This document shows, piece after piece, positions 18,628 through 28,196 of a stretch of DNA of 64,000 nucleotides; within the stretch, counting starts at the first letter, position 1, and every line of letters starts with the position of its first letter. A program made the translations under genes and the position numbers. Location of the stretch: contig JBAXVK010000003.1 in assembly GCA_037129175.1 (NCBI GenBank), positions 40,154-104,153 of the forward strand, given 5' to 3'. This stretch comes from Polynucleobacter sp. (GTDB lineage Bacteria > Pseudomonadota > Gammaproteobacteria > Burkholderiales > Burkholderiaceae). The notes beneath the pieces were generated by a model. It was not told the DNA's origin. It made no database searches and was given only the letters and a program-made list of their open reading frames with translations.

Positions 18628-19647
18628 TTAATAACCTGAAACAGATGGCAAGGCTAAGCTACCTTTAGAGGCTTGTACGTTTTCATCTAAGTACTTTGTC
18701 AAAGCAAAGACAGCATTCAAACAAGGTGTTGGTGTTTTCGTAATCTTACCCAACTCAATCGCGGAGCCCAATAGCGCATCGATCTCTAAGCTACGGCCGG
18801 CTTCTAAGTCTTGCAACATCGAAGTCTTGTGCTTGCCCACTTTTTCAGCGCCTGCAATACGACGCTCAATATCAACCCGGAAAGTAACGCCCAACTTTTC
18901 TGCAACAGTTTGCGCTTCTGCCATCATGTTGCGCGCCAATTCTTTGGTCAATGGGTATTGGCAAATTCCCTCCAAAGTTCCATGTGTTAAAGCACTGATT
19001 GGATTGAAGGTCATATTGCCCCACAGCTTTAGCCAAATCTCCGAACGAATATCATCCAAAATAGGAGACTTAAACCCAGCTGCACCCATCATCTCGGAGA
19101 TCTTCTGAATACGCTCTGTAGGCTTACCATCCAACTCACCCAATGGGAAACGATTTCCCTCTACGTGACGAATCACACCAGGAGCTTGAGTAAAGGTTGC
19201 AGGGTAAACAACGCAACCAATAATATTGTTTGGGTTAATCGCTTTCTTTGCAACACCACCTGCATCCACTGTCTCAACTGAATGATCTTGATACTCACCG
19301 CCGAGCTTTTGGAAATACCACCAAGGAATACCATTTTGCATCGGAATCAAAATAGTCTCTGGGCCCATGATGGCTGCTAAGTCATTGATAATCGGCTCAA
19401 CTTGATGTGCCTTGACCGCTAACATCACTACGTCTGGGGCCTCAACGTCTGTAATTTTTTCAACTGCCTTAACTTCAGCCACCAATGGCTCTGGCTGGTC
19501 ATCCATGATTAATGCCAGGCCACGCTCTTTAATTGCGGCTAAGGTTGCACCGCGCGCTACAACGGTTACCTCATTACCCGCTCGCGCTAACATGACAGCT
19601 AGGTAGCCGCCAATTGCGCCACCGCCGCCAATTACACAGATTTTCAT
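18628..19647 (-). CDS. Ketopantoate reductase-family oxidoreductase (PanE2/oxalyl-CoA reductase-like clade)
   Basis: GGGAIGG Rossmann fold, KAHQ, QNGIPWWYF, EGNRF.LGELDG, IWLKLWGN..FNPISALT and HKTSMLQD. Confidence 0.85.
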   Translation of the reverse strand: MKICVIGGGGAIGGYLAVMLARAGNEVTVVARGATLAAIKERGLALIMDDQPEPLVAEVKAVEKITDVEAPDVVMLAVKAHQVEPIINDLAAIMGPETILIPMQNGIPWWYFQKLGGEYQDHSVETVDAGGVAKKAINPNNIIGCVVYPATFTQAPGVIRHVEGNRFPLGELDGKPTERIQKISEMMGAAGFKSPILDDIRSEIWLKLWGNMTFNPISALTHGTLEGICQYPLTKELARNMMAEAQTVAEKLGVTFRVDIERRIAGAEKVGKHKTSMLQDLEAGRSLEIDALLGSAIELGKITKTPTPCLNAVFALTKYLDENVQASKGSLALPSVSGY

Positions 19648-19751
19648 AGGAACCTTATAAGAATAAATAAATTTTGTATTAGTTAAATATTAGATGAGAA
19701 TATTTTGTGGCACAACACATTTGATTGCCTAATATTTAGGCAAAAGAGAGT

Positions 19752-21167
19752 CTAGACTGGCTTAAGTAGATCTTTAGGGACGTGGCTGCCTAAGACCATT
19801 CCCGCAATGCTAGCCAATAAGCCCGCTAACTGTGGCGGCAAAATAGCATTTGGCGCCAAAATTTCGCAACTGATCCAGACGGTCAGACCACAGACTACGG
19901 ATAGCAAGCCGCCTAAAGAATTTGCGCGTGGCCAGTACACCCCAAATGCTAGAGGCACAAATGCTGCAACTAAGGTTACCTTATAAGCACTCTCAACCAT
20001 CTTGAAAATTGATAGCTGAGAATTAATAGCAAAGAAAGTCACCACTACTGAAAAACACAAGACGGTGATGCGCATGATTTTTAGCAACTCTTGATCAGTT
20101 AAGTGCTTAAAAAATCCTCTCACAATATTTTCTGCAAATGTTACCGACGGGGCGAGCAATGTTGCACTAGCACAACTCTTAATTGCCGATAGCAAGGCTC
20201 CAAAGAACATCACCTGCGCAAGCAATGGCGCATGATTCAGAATCAATTTTGGCAGAATCATCTGTGGATCAGTATGCAAGTACTCCTTCACTAAGTCTGG
20301 GCTGATCAGTGTTGCCGAATACGCCAAATACATTGGTACAAAAGCAAAAATAAAGTAAAGGACACCACCTAAGATTGCCGCCTGCACAGCAATATTGACG
20401 TTCTTAGAAGAGGTGATGCGTTGAAAAACATCCTGCTGAGGAATTGAGCCAAGCATCATAGTGCATAAAGCAGCAACAAAGCCCAAGATCGAAGCCAGAT
20501 TCATATCTGGCCAGAAGTTGCTAAATTGACCTGCAGCAGCTGCATGCTCAATGACGACAGTAATTCCACCGGTTTGCCCAGCCATCTCTCCGCCGATATA
20601 CAGCATGCCAATCACGATAATGATCATTTGAATAAAGTCAGTAATGGCAACTGACCACATGCCCCCAAATAAGGTGTAGATCAATACACTTCCAGCCCCA
20701 ATAATCATGCCACCTGTCTGAGAGATGCCGCCATCAGACACCACATTAAATACGAGGCCTAAAGCTTTAATTTGCGCAGCAACCCAACCTAAATAAGAGA
20801 CCACAATACAAAGCGTCACCAATACTTCAACAGTACGCCCATACTTTTCACGAAAGAAATCACCAATGGTAAGCATGCGGCGGTTATAGAGATGGCGCGC
20901 AAAAAAGAGGCCAACTAAAATTAAACACATGGAAGAGCCAAAAGGATCGGAAACAACGCCACCCAAACCCTCTTTTAGAAAAGTAGCAGGTATACCTAAA
21001 ACTGTTTCAGAACCAAACCAAGTAGCAAAAACAGTTGCTGTAACAATTGGCAGCGGAAGGCTATGACCAGCAGCAGCAAAGTCAGCAGTATTTTTAACCC
21101 GTAAGGCAGCCCATAATCCAATACCAATGGATATAAGCCAATAAATGATGACAAACCAAATGAGCAC
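19752..21167 (-). CDS. Sodium:solute symporter family transporter
   Basis: About 13 TM segments; ATWFGSETVLG, GSIPQQDVFQR and SAIKSCASA motifs; GTG start. Confidence 0.88.
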   Translation of the reverse strand: MLIWFVIIYWLISIGIGLWAALRVKNTADFAAAGHSLPLPIVTATVFATWFGSETVLGIPATFLKEGLGGVVSDPFGSSMCLILVGLFFARHLYNRRMLTIGDFFREKYGRTVEVLVTLCIVVSYLGWVAAQIKALGLVFNVVSDGGISQTGGMIIGAGSVLIYTLFGGMWSVAITDFIQMIIIVIGMLYIGGEMAGQTGGITVVIEHAAAAGQFSNFWPDMNLASILGFVAALCTMMLGSIPQQDVFQRITSSKNVNIAVQAAILGGVLYFIFAFVPMYLAYSATLISPDLVKEYLHTDPQMILPKLILNHAPLLAQVMFFGALLSAIKSCASATLLAPSVTFAENIVRGFFKHLTDQELLKIMRITVLCFSVVVTFFAINSQLSIFKMVESAYKVTLVAAFVPLAFGVYWPRANSLGGLLSVVCGLTVWISCEILAPNAILPPQLAGLLASIAGMVLGSHVPKDLLKPV

Positions 21168-21274
21168 GCCCTATTTCCCCTTACATAATTTAGTGAAATT
21201 ATATGGCCATGTCACTTTTGCTAGTAAGGGAATTTCTACTAATTTATGGCACGCTACTCTGACATAATCCAAGG

Positions 21275-22255
21275 GTGAATCTATCTCAAATGAGCCTTAG
21301 CGATAACCCGAGCACTGATCTGGCTTATCAAAAAGCTATTTTGAACTCAGTCTCACGCACCTTTGCTCTGACTATCCCGCTTTTACCCCCCATGATTGAA
21401 AAAGTGGTGGGTAATACGTATTTGCTTTGCCGGATTGTGGACACTATTGAAGATGCGGAAGATTTAAGTCCGGAGACTAAGCAAAATCTTTCTCAATTAT
21501 TTTTAGACGCAGTCTTGGAGAGGGCACCCGTTGAGTCTTTTGTAGAACCCTGCCTGAAGGCGCTAGATCATTATGGTAATCAAGATGAGTTAGATCTGAT
21601 TACTCACACCCCAACCGTTTTACGAATTTTGCATACTTGCTCTCAGGACGATCAAGCTGCAGTGAGTCGCTGCGTCTCCATCATGTCAGAAGGTATGTCT
21701 TATTTTCATGGCAAACAGACTCAGGCAGGTCTAAAAGACTTACGTGAGTTTGAGAAATATTGTTATGTTGTTGCAGGTGTAGTGGGAGAACTTCTCACTA
21801 CTATTTTTAGTAACTACTCGTCTGCATTTGCAAAAAGTATCAAGGGTCATGATGAGCTTGCTCTAGCCTTTGGTCAAGCCTTACAAATGACCAATATCCT
21901 CAAAGATTCACCCGAAGATCACGCACGTGGCGTATCTTGGAAGCCAGCTGATATTAGCCAAAAAGAGCTTTTAAAGATTTCCTATCAAAAACTCCAAGAT
22001 TCCCTTAGCTACATTCTTCTCATTCCAAAAGAAGAGCTCGGGATGCGGCGCTTTTGTTTCTTAGCTTTTGGCTTAGCAGTAATGACACTCTCTAAGATTG
22101 CCAAGCGAAAAGAATTTAGTCGCCAAGATGAAGTGAAGCTTTCTAGAAAAACAGTGATGGCTTTTTACGCCTTCACTCAATTTGCAGTGAAAAGTGATGC
22201 TCTCATGCAGATCTTTTTTAATACATGTTCCACATCCCTCAAAAAAGAAATCTGA
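21275..22255 (+). CDS. Squalene/phytoene synthase family protein (single-enzyme SQS-like)
   Basis: SRTFAL, YLLCRIVDTIED, YCYVVAGVVG and QMTNILKD..ED motifs. Confidence 0.85.
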   Translation: MNLSQMSLSDNPSTDLAYQKAILNSVSRTFALTIPLLPPMIEKVVGNTYLLCRIVDTIEDAEDLSPETKQNLSQLFLDAVLERAPVESFVEPCLKALDHYGNQDELDLITHTPTVLRILHTCSQDDQAAVSRCVSIMSEGMSYFHGKQTQAGLKDLREFEKYCYVVAGVVGELLTTIFSNYSSAFAKSIKGHDELALAFGQALQMTNILKDSPEDHARGVSWKPADISQKELLKISYQKLQDSLSYILLIPKEELGMRRFCFLAFGLAVMTLSKIAKRKEFSRQDEVKLSRKTVMAFYAFTQFAVKSDALMQIFFNTCSTSLKKEI

Positions 22256-22257
22256 GA

Positions 22258-22770
22258 TTACAGTGCGCCCTCATGCGTTAAAAGCCATAATTTGATTTGG
22301 CGATATAAGCCTGGTGAATTTTCCTTCATGAAACCTCCAATCCCTTGCGTAGAAATAACTCGGTGACACGGTGTGATTAAAGGATAGGGATTGGCACCGC
22401 ATGCAGTTCCCACTGCACGTGGACCACTCTTAATCTTGTGCGCAATCTCGCCATAGGTTTTGGTTTTACCAACTGATATGGCCTGAATGCTTCTCCACAC
22501 CCTTTGCTGATGCTCGGTTCCTGATGGCTTTATTGGCAGATCAAACTGATAATACGGGTTTTTAAAATAGGCTTTGAACTGCTTTTCGGCTTCTCTTGCC
22601 AATTGGTTTTTAGGGCTCACTAGGGAAGTGGAAGTGGGTAGATACTCAATTCTGGACAACATCAAACTGCCATCAACTAGCTCAGTCAAAATACCTAATC
22701 TTCCAAAAGGGGCTGCAATGACGCAATATTGAGCGCTATCTGGGAAAGCTTGTTTTTTAACTGGGGCCAT
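22258..22770 (-). CDS. ogt: Methylated-DNA--protein-cysteine methyltransferase
   Basis: GKTKTYGEIA, RAVGTACGANP, active-site PCHRV. Confidence 0.9.
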   Translation of the reverse strand: MAPVKKQAFPDSAQYCVIAAPFGRLGILTELVDGSLMLSRIEYLPTSTSLVSPKNQLAREAEKQFKAYFKNPYYQFDLPIKPSGTEHQQRVWRSIQAISVGKTKTYGEIAHKIKSGPRAVGTACGANPYPLITPCHRVISTQGIGGFMKENSPGLYRQIKLWLLTHEGAL

Positions 22771-22888
22771 GAGCAATGATTCTCACATAATTAAACACTG
22801 AAGACGACACTACTTTCTTTCATATCTATAGCATGTGAAATGCCACTTTGCTATATTGACTCATCCTTACTTTTTGCAGGCAGCTCCC

Positions 22889-24178
22889 ATGGACACCTTT
22901 TTTGACGATTGGCCTTTTTATAGCCAAGTTGCTCTAGTCGTCTTTTTACTTGCCCTTTCTGGCTTTTTCTCAATGGCCGAAACCAGCATGCTGTCATCAA
23001 ATCGCCATCGCCTTCGTGCCATGGCTGGAGCTGGCAATAAAGGCGCTGCCTTAGCAGAGCGTCTACTCAAGCGCATTGATTCGCTTTTATCAGTGCTCTT
23101 AATTTCCAATAACCTCATCAACACCATTCTGCCAATCCTAGTAACTGGAATTGCCCTGCATATCTTTGGTGATAGCGGACTTGTACTTTCTATCGCAACT
23201 TTAGTAGTTGCTTTACTGATTATTATTTTTAGTGAAATCACCCCAAAAGTTATAGGGGCAGCCTTTCCAGAAAAGATTGCTTCTCGAGTGGGTTGGTTCA
23301 TTCTGCCGCTGAGCTTTTTACTAAAACCCTTGCTGTGGTTTATTAATAGCTTTGTATCAGGCCTGATGAAGATCTCGGGGCTGCAATCTTCATCAGATAG
23401 CAGAACCATGAGTAAAGAAGAATTGCGCAGCTTAGTACTGGAATCTAACCGCTTCGTATCAAACCATCACCGTAATATTTTGCTAAACCTATTTAACCTA
23501 GAAAACATTACGGTTGACGATGTAATGACTCCAAGGTCAAAAATTGAAATTTTGGATCTCTCGCGCCCGATTGAAGAAGTCATTCAGCAGCTAGAAACCT
23601 GCTATCACAATAAGTTACCAGTCTGTGATGGAGATTCTGAGCGCATTGTAGGTATCCTATCCGTCAAGAAAGCCTTATCACTATTGGGTGACACTGACTT
23701 AAAACATGAAGACTTTAAATGCTTATTAAATGAACCTTATTTCATTCCAAGTGGAACACCAGTCTTACAACAAATGCAATTCTTTCAAGATAATCAACAA
23801 CGCTTAAGCCTGGTTGTCAATGAATATGGCGAGGTCCTGGGTTTAGTCACCTTTGAAGATATTGTCGAAGAACTCATTGGCGAGTTCACAACCTCTTTTT
23901 CTAATCTTTCAACTGATCCACAATGGTTAGCGAATGGTACCTATCTGGCTAGCGGTACTGCATCTCTAAGAGATCTCAATCGTTTACTAAATCTCAATTT
24001 ACCCTTAGATGGTCCTCGTACCCTTAATGGCCTGATCCTAGACAAGCTCGAGGCAATACCGGATCATGATGTCAGCCTACGAATTGCAGGCATCGTAATG
24101 GAGATTGTCCAATTTGATGAGCAAGGCGTGAAGACCGTCAAGCTCTATCGACCCTCAGGCACTCAAGAGCAAGATTGA
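22889..24178 (+). CDS. CorC/HlyC (CNNM, DUF21-CBS-CorC) family transporter
   Basis: SGFFSMAETS, FSEITPK, a CBS pair, VNEYGEVLGLVTFEDIVEELIGE. Start set at ATG 22889. Confidence 0.9.
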   Translation: MDTFFDDWPFYSQVALVVFLLALSGFFSMAETSMLSSNRHRLRAMAGAGNKGAALAERLLKRIDSLLSVLLISNNLINTILPILVTGIALHIFGDSGLVLSIATLVVALLIIIFSEITPKVIGAAFPEKIASRVGWFILPLSFLLKPLLWFINSFVSGLMKISGLQSSSDSRTMSKEELRSLVLESNRFVSNHHRNILLNLFNLENITVDDVMTPRSKIEILDLSRPIEEVIQQLETCYHNKLPVCDGDSERIVGILSVKKALSLLGDTDLKHEDFKCLLNEPYFIPSGTPVLQQMQFFQDNQQRLSLVVNEYGEVLGLVTFEDIVEELIGEFTTSFSNLSTDPQWLANGTYLASGTASLRDLNRLLNLNLPLDGPRTLNGLILDKLEAIPDHDVSLRIAGIVMEIVQFDEQGVKTVKLYRPSGTQEQD

Positions 24179-25254
24179 GCAGCACTCATGATGACTCACT
24201 CATTATTCGTACCTGGCATGAAATCGCAGTTAATGCGCTGGAATCTAGGGCGAGTGATATTCATATTGAAGCTGGGCCACAAGCTACTTTAGTCCGCATT
24301 CGGGTGGATGGCTTGCTGCAAGTGCAAGCGCAATTTGAGATTCAACTTCATGAGCGATTAATCACTCGCATCAAGATACTAGCGCGTCTTGATATTGCTG
24401 AAAAACGCCTTCCACAAGATGGTCGATTATTAATTGGTCCTGATTTTTCTAAACCTAATATTGATTGCCGAGTTTCAGTGCTGCCTACCCTGCATGGTGA
24501 AAAAGCAGTCGTGCGGATTTTGCCAAACTGTATCGACGATCTTACTATCGAACAAGTTGGCTTACTCCCAGAACAGTTGGCGATATTTCAAAATGCTCTA
24601 AACCAAGCCAATGGTTTGATATTAGTCACTGGTCCTACTGGTAGCGGTAAAACCAGAACCCTCTACAGCTGTTTACGTGCCTTAAATCAAAGCCACCGCA
24701 ATCTTTGTTCTATAGAAGATCCCATTGAAATTCGTCTGCCCGGAGTGAATCAAGTGGCGTATCACCCTCGCTCAGGCTTAGATTTTCCAATAATTATTCG
24801 CGCTCTGTTACGGCAAGATCCAGACGTCATCATGATTGGTGAAATTCGAGATAGCGCCACTGCCGAGCTTGCCATACAAGCAGCGCAAACTGGCCATCTT
24901 GTCCTGAGCACGCTACACACCCGCAATGCCAGAGGTGTATTAGCTAGATTAAAAAGTTTAGGTATTGACCAAGAGTCTCTTGAATCTTGCTTACGTAGCG
25001 TGAGCTCACAACGCTTGGTTCGAAAGATATGCCAGCAATGTCTGGGGAGAAATATAGAAGAAATTAGCCCATGCCCTTCCTGTAAAGGAGCTCGTAGCTA
25101 TGGTCGCATTGGGGTGCATGAAGTATTAAGTGCAACGTATTTATTTGATCCGGCTTTAAAGTATCCCAGTATGTATGAGGCGGGCCTTCAATATGTAAAG
25201 GCGGGCTTAATTCGAGAGGCCGATCTAAAGACTGAGGTCGGCACATGGCACTAA
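24175..25254 (+). CDS. pilB: PilB/GspE-family assembly ATPase, N-terminally shortened
   Basis: ASDIHIE, RLPQDGR, GPTGSGKT, IEDPIE, DPDVIMIGEIRD, STLH and a CxxC..CxxC Zn motif; 359 aa. Confidence 0.8.
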   Translation: MSSTHDDSLIIRTWHEIAVNALESRASDIHIEAGPQATLVRIRVDGLLQVQAQFEIQLHERLITRIKILARLDIAEKRLPQDGRLLIGPDFSKPNIDCRVSVLPTLHGEKAVVRILPNCIDDLTIEQVGLLPEQLAIFQNALNQANGLILVTGPTGSGKTRTLYSCLRALNQSHRNLCSIEDPIEIRLPGVNQVAYHPRSGLDFPIIIRALLRQDPDVIMIGEIRDSATAELAIQAAQTGHLVLSTLHTRNARGVLARLKSLGIDQESLESCLRSVSSQRLVRKICQQCLGRNIEEISPCPSCKGARSYGRIGVHEVLSATYLFDPALKYPSMYEAGLQYVKAGLIREADLKTEVGTWH

Positions 25255-26291
25255 GTAAATCGGATCAACTCACATTTGCGCAGCAACTCTTATCACTTTT
25301 AACTGTTGGGCTTCCACTGCTAAATGCTATAGAGCTCATTCTTACATCCAGTCCAAAACATTGGCAACGCTGTTTGAGTCATTTGCGAACTCTGCTGAGG
25401 CAAGGAGAAAGTCTATCTCAAGCTTTGCTAGTTCAGAGAAACCAATTTTCTGCAGAATTTATTAATCTCATTAGAGTCAGTGAGCGCACCGGCAATATTG
25501 AGCTGGCGCTACAAACTATTTGCCTGCAACTTGAGGCGCAAATTGAGTTACGCCGTAAGGTCCAGCAAGCTTTGAGCTACCCCGCCATCACACTTGCCAG
25601 CTCCTTTCTGCTGATTCTGGTTATGATGATTTGGGTTGTGCCAGTATTTAAGGATGTCTTTGCCCATTTTCAGGCTGAGTTGCCGGCACCTACCAAAGCG
25701 CTCATTCAAATAGCTACCGTCATTGAACTTTTTTTCTTAGAAATGACCGCTCTTCTGGTTGGTAGTGCTGGAATATTACTACTCTGCTGGCTCAAAATAC
25801 CCCGCTTACAAAAAAAATGTGACCGCCTGAGTTTTTGTATTCCAATACTAGGTAAGTTATTTCGCCTCGCAACGCTGACCTACTGGTGCAGAACTTTGGG
25901 ACATTTATTAGACTCAGGTTTAGCACTTCCCGATGCACTTCGTGTGACCGCTCAATCCTCCAATCACTGGCTTAGCCATGACCTCAGTGCAGAAGTCTTC
26001 AAGCACCTTACTAGAGGTTGGCCACTGGGTGACGCGCTGATTCGCGCTGACCCTCAACATGTCTTATTTGATCTTGAAACTTTACAATTACTACAAATTG
26101 CTGCGGAAAGTGGATCCCTCCCCCAAATGCTAGGCAAACGAGCAAATACATTGGGCTCTCAACTCAGCAACCGCCTTAATACCTTAAGTCAAAGCTTAGA
26201 GCCCTTACTCATCATTTTTGTTGGCATTGTTATTGGTAGTCTTGTCATAATCCTATATCTCCCAATCTTTAATTTAGGACAGATTGTGTAA
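25245..26291 (+). CDS. pilC: PilC/GspF-family platform protein
   Basis: Two GspF repeats (GLPLL.AI, ERTGN, ALSYP; GLALPDAL, AESGSL, LEPLLIIFVG). Confidence 0.82.
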   Translation: MALSKSDQLTFAQQLLSLLTVGLPLLNAIELILTSSPKHWQRCLSHLRTLLRQGESLSQALLVQRNQFSAEFINLIRVSERTGNIELALQTICLQLEAQIELRRKVQQALSYPAITLASSFLLILVMMIWVVPVFKDVFAHFQAELPAPTKALIQIATVIELFFLEMTALLVGSAGILLLCWLKIPRLQKKCDRLSFCIPILGKLFRLATLTYWCRTLGHLLDSGLALPDALRVTAQSSNHWLSHDLSAEVFKHLTRGWPLGDALIRADPQHVLFDLETLQLLQIAAESGSLPQMLGKRANTLGSQLSNRLNTLSQSLEPLLIIFVGIVIGSLVIILYLPIFNLGQIV

Positions 26292-26791
26292 TGAGCTCTT
26301 TGGTAGTAATTGACTTGATTCGGCTTTTACTAATTTTGGTGTTAGCTTATTTAGCTTACATTGATTTACGCACTTTTCGATTACCTGATCTCATTACTTT
26401 GCCACTCATTTTTGTAGGTCTTTGTTTTAATGGTTTCTCAAACCTAGCATTTGTAGGCCCTCAAGAATCTATCCTTGGTGCGCTATTGGGCTATTTATTG
26501 TTATGGCTATTGAATCGCCTGTATCGACACATCAAGAAGGAGGATGGCATTGGGATGGGTGATGCCAAGCTCTTAGGTGCTCTAGGCGCCTGGCTTGGTT
26601 GGAGCGCCCTGCCTGGCATCCTATTCATAGCATCAGCCTCTGGAATCCTTGGTGGCATTCTCTGGCTCAAACTAAACAAAAAAAATCATGGGTCACCATT
26701 TCCTTTTGGACCATTTCTGATCTTTGCTGGCATCATTGAGTTGTTATGGCCACAGCTGCTACAAAATCTACTACTGAGCAATCCGACCTAA
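26291..26791 (+). CDS. pilD: Prepilin peptidase (A24 catalytic domain only)
   Basis: IDL.TF.LPD, GMGDAKL and PFPFGPFL; 166 aa with no N-terminal Cys-cluster domain. Confidence 0.78.
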   Translation: MSSLVVIDLIRLLLILVLAYLAYIDLRTFRLPDLITLPLIFVGLCFNGFSNLAFVGPQESILGALLGYLLLWLLNRLYRHIKKEDGIGMGDAKLLGALGAWLGWSALPGILFIASASGILGGILWLKLNKKNHGSPFPFGPFLIFAGIIELLWPQLLQNLLLSNPT

Positions 26792-27432
26792 GTGCACTAA
26801 AGGGGCATATACCCCTGATTGGCTTAACCGGCGGCATTGGCTCTGGAAAAAGTACTCTCAGTGACTTGCTGGCTAAGCTTGGTGCCGGCATCGTTGACAC
26901 CGACCTTATTGCCCACCAAATTACCGCGCCTAATGGGGCTGCAATCTCTCTGATTGAGAAACAATTTGGTTCAGACTTCATCACAACTGATGGCGCAATT
27001 AATAGAGACAAAATGCGCTCCTTAGTATTTACTAGTCCGGAAGCCAGAAAATCTCTAGAAACCATTACCCACCCACTGATACGCCAAGAAACCACCAGAC
27101 AAGCCATGCAGTTAAAAAAAGCTGGAGCTCCATACCTCGTCTTCGTTGTACCCTTGCTCATTGAGTCTGGGTCCTGGAAGAATCTGATTGATTGGCTAGT
27201 GGTCGTAGACTGCCCGAAAGAGACCCAAATAAAAAGAGTGATGCAGCGCAGCAATTTACCCAAAGAAGAGGTTGAGAGAATTCTGGCGGCTCAGGCTAGC
27301 AGAGAAGAGCGCCTGAAACATGCGGATGTAGTGATTGAAAACCAGGGAAGTCTTCAGGAATTAGAAGTAGAGGTGCAAAACTTGCATCAAAAAATCTTAC
27401 AGTTTCAGAAGGATCAACTCAGTTCGTCATAG
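26746..27432 (+). CDS. coaE: Dephospho-CoA kinase
   Basis: IGLTGGIGSGKS, DTDLIAH, LETITHPLI and VPLLIE. Start position uncertain. Confidence 0.93.
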   Translation: MATAATKSTTEQSDLSALKGHIPLIGLTGGIGSGKSTLSDLLAKLGAGIVDTDLIAHQITAPNGAAISLIEKQFGSDFITTDGAINRDKMRSLVFTSPEARKSLETITHPLIRQETTRQAMQLKKAGAPYLVFVVPLLIESGSWKNLIDWLVVVDCPKETQIKRVMQRSNLPKEEVERILAAQASREERLKHADVVIENQGSLQELEVEVQNLHQKILQFQKDQLSSS

Positions 27433-27443
27433 AATATGGGCTT

Positions 27444-28196
27444 GTGATTGTCTACGAATACCCATTTAACGAATTAGTTCGAAGCATGCTTCGGCTGGAG
27501 TATTTGTTCGCCCGTTTCAATCACTTCCTTCGCTCAGATGATCCAGAGCTTCACCATAACGCCATCTCTATTTTGTTTGATCTTGGTGATATTGGTGCAA
27601 GGGGCGATATCAAGTCTTTATTACTCAAAGAGTTCGAGCGCCAAAAATATACTCTCAATGGCCTCAAGTCATCACAGAAGGTAGATCAAGAAGCTCTAAC
27701 CCAAACTCTGGCTGAAATTGATTGTGCTGCTAGCAGCATCAACCATTCTGCTGGCAGACCCAACTCAGCTATTACCGAGAGTGAATGGTTAAATGCGATT
27801 CGCACTCGACTCAATATTCCTGGTGGAACAAGTCCCATTGATTTACCTAGCTATCACGCTTGGAAAAATAGTCCTTCAATCGAACGTCGCAAACTTTTAG
27901 AAAATTATGTGATGCCGCTCTTGCCATGGCAGGAATCATGTCAATTATTTTTGCGCCTATTGCGTCAGTCCGGCGAAGCAAAAGAGGTCGTTGCTACTAA
28001 CGGCTCATTTCAGCAAGCGCCTTCTGGTAAGGTATATCAATTAATGCGTATTACATTGGAAGATGACACCCTCTTCTCAGAAATCAGCGCCAATAAATAT
28101 CTACTCTCGGTACGTTTCCTAAAGGCCGATGGGGCCAAAAAGGCGCAACTTGTTAATGCGGATGTGCCATTTAAACTGACACTCTGTCAGTTCTAA
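27444..28196 (+). CDS. zapD: Cell division protein ZapD
   Basis: MIVYEYPFNE..R..LRLE, IPGGT..DLPSYH and EISANKY; follows coaE. Confidence 0.92.
   Translation: MIVYEYPFNELVRSMLRLEYLFARFNHFLRSDDPELHHNAISILFDLGDIGARGDIKSLLLKEFERQKYTLNGLKSSQKVDQEALTQTLAEIDCAASSINHSAGRPNSAITESEWLNAIRTRLNIPGGTSPIDLPSYHAWKNSPSIERRKLLENYVMPLLPWQESCQLFLRLLRQSGEAKEVVATNGSFQQAPSGKVYQLMRITLEDDTLFSEISANKYLLSVRFLKADGAKKAQLVNADVPFKLTLCQF

Noticed and set aside
22918-23409. 163-aa ORF antisense to corC
   Set aside because: Antisense shadow of a conserved gene.
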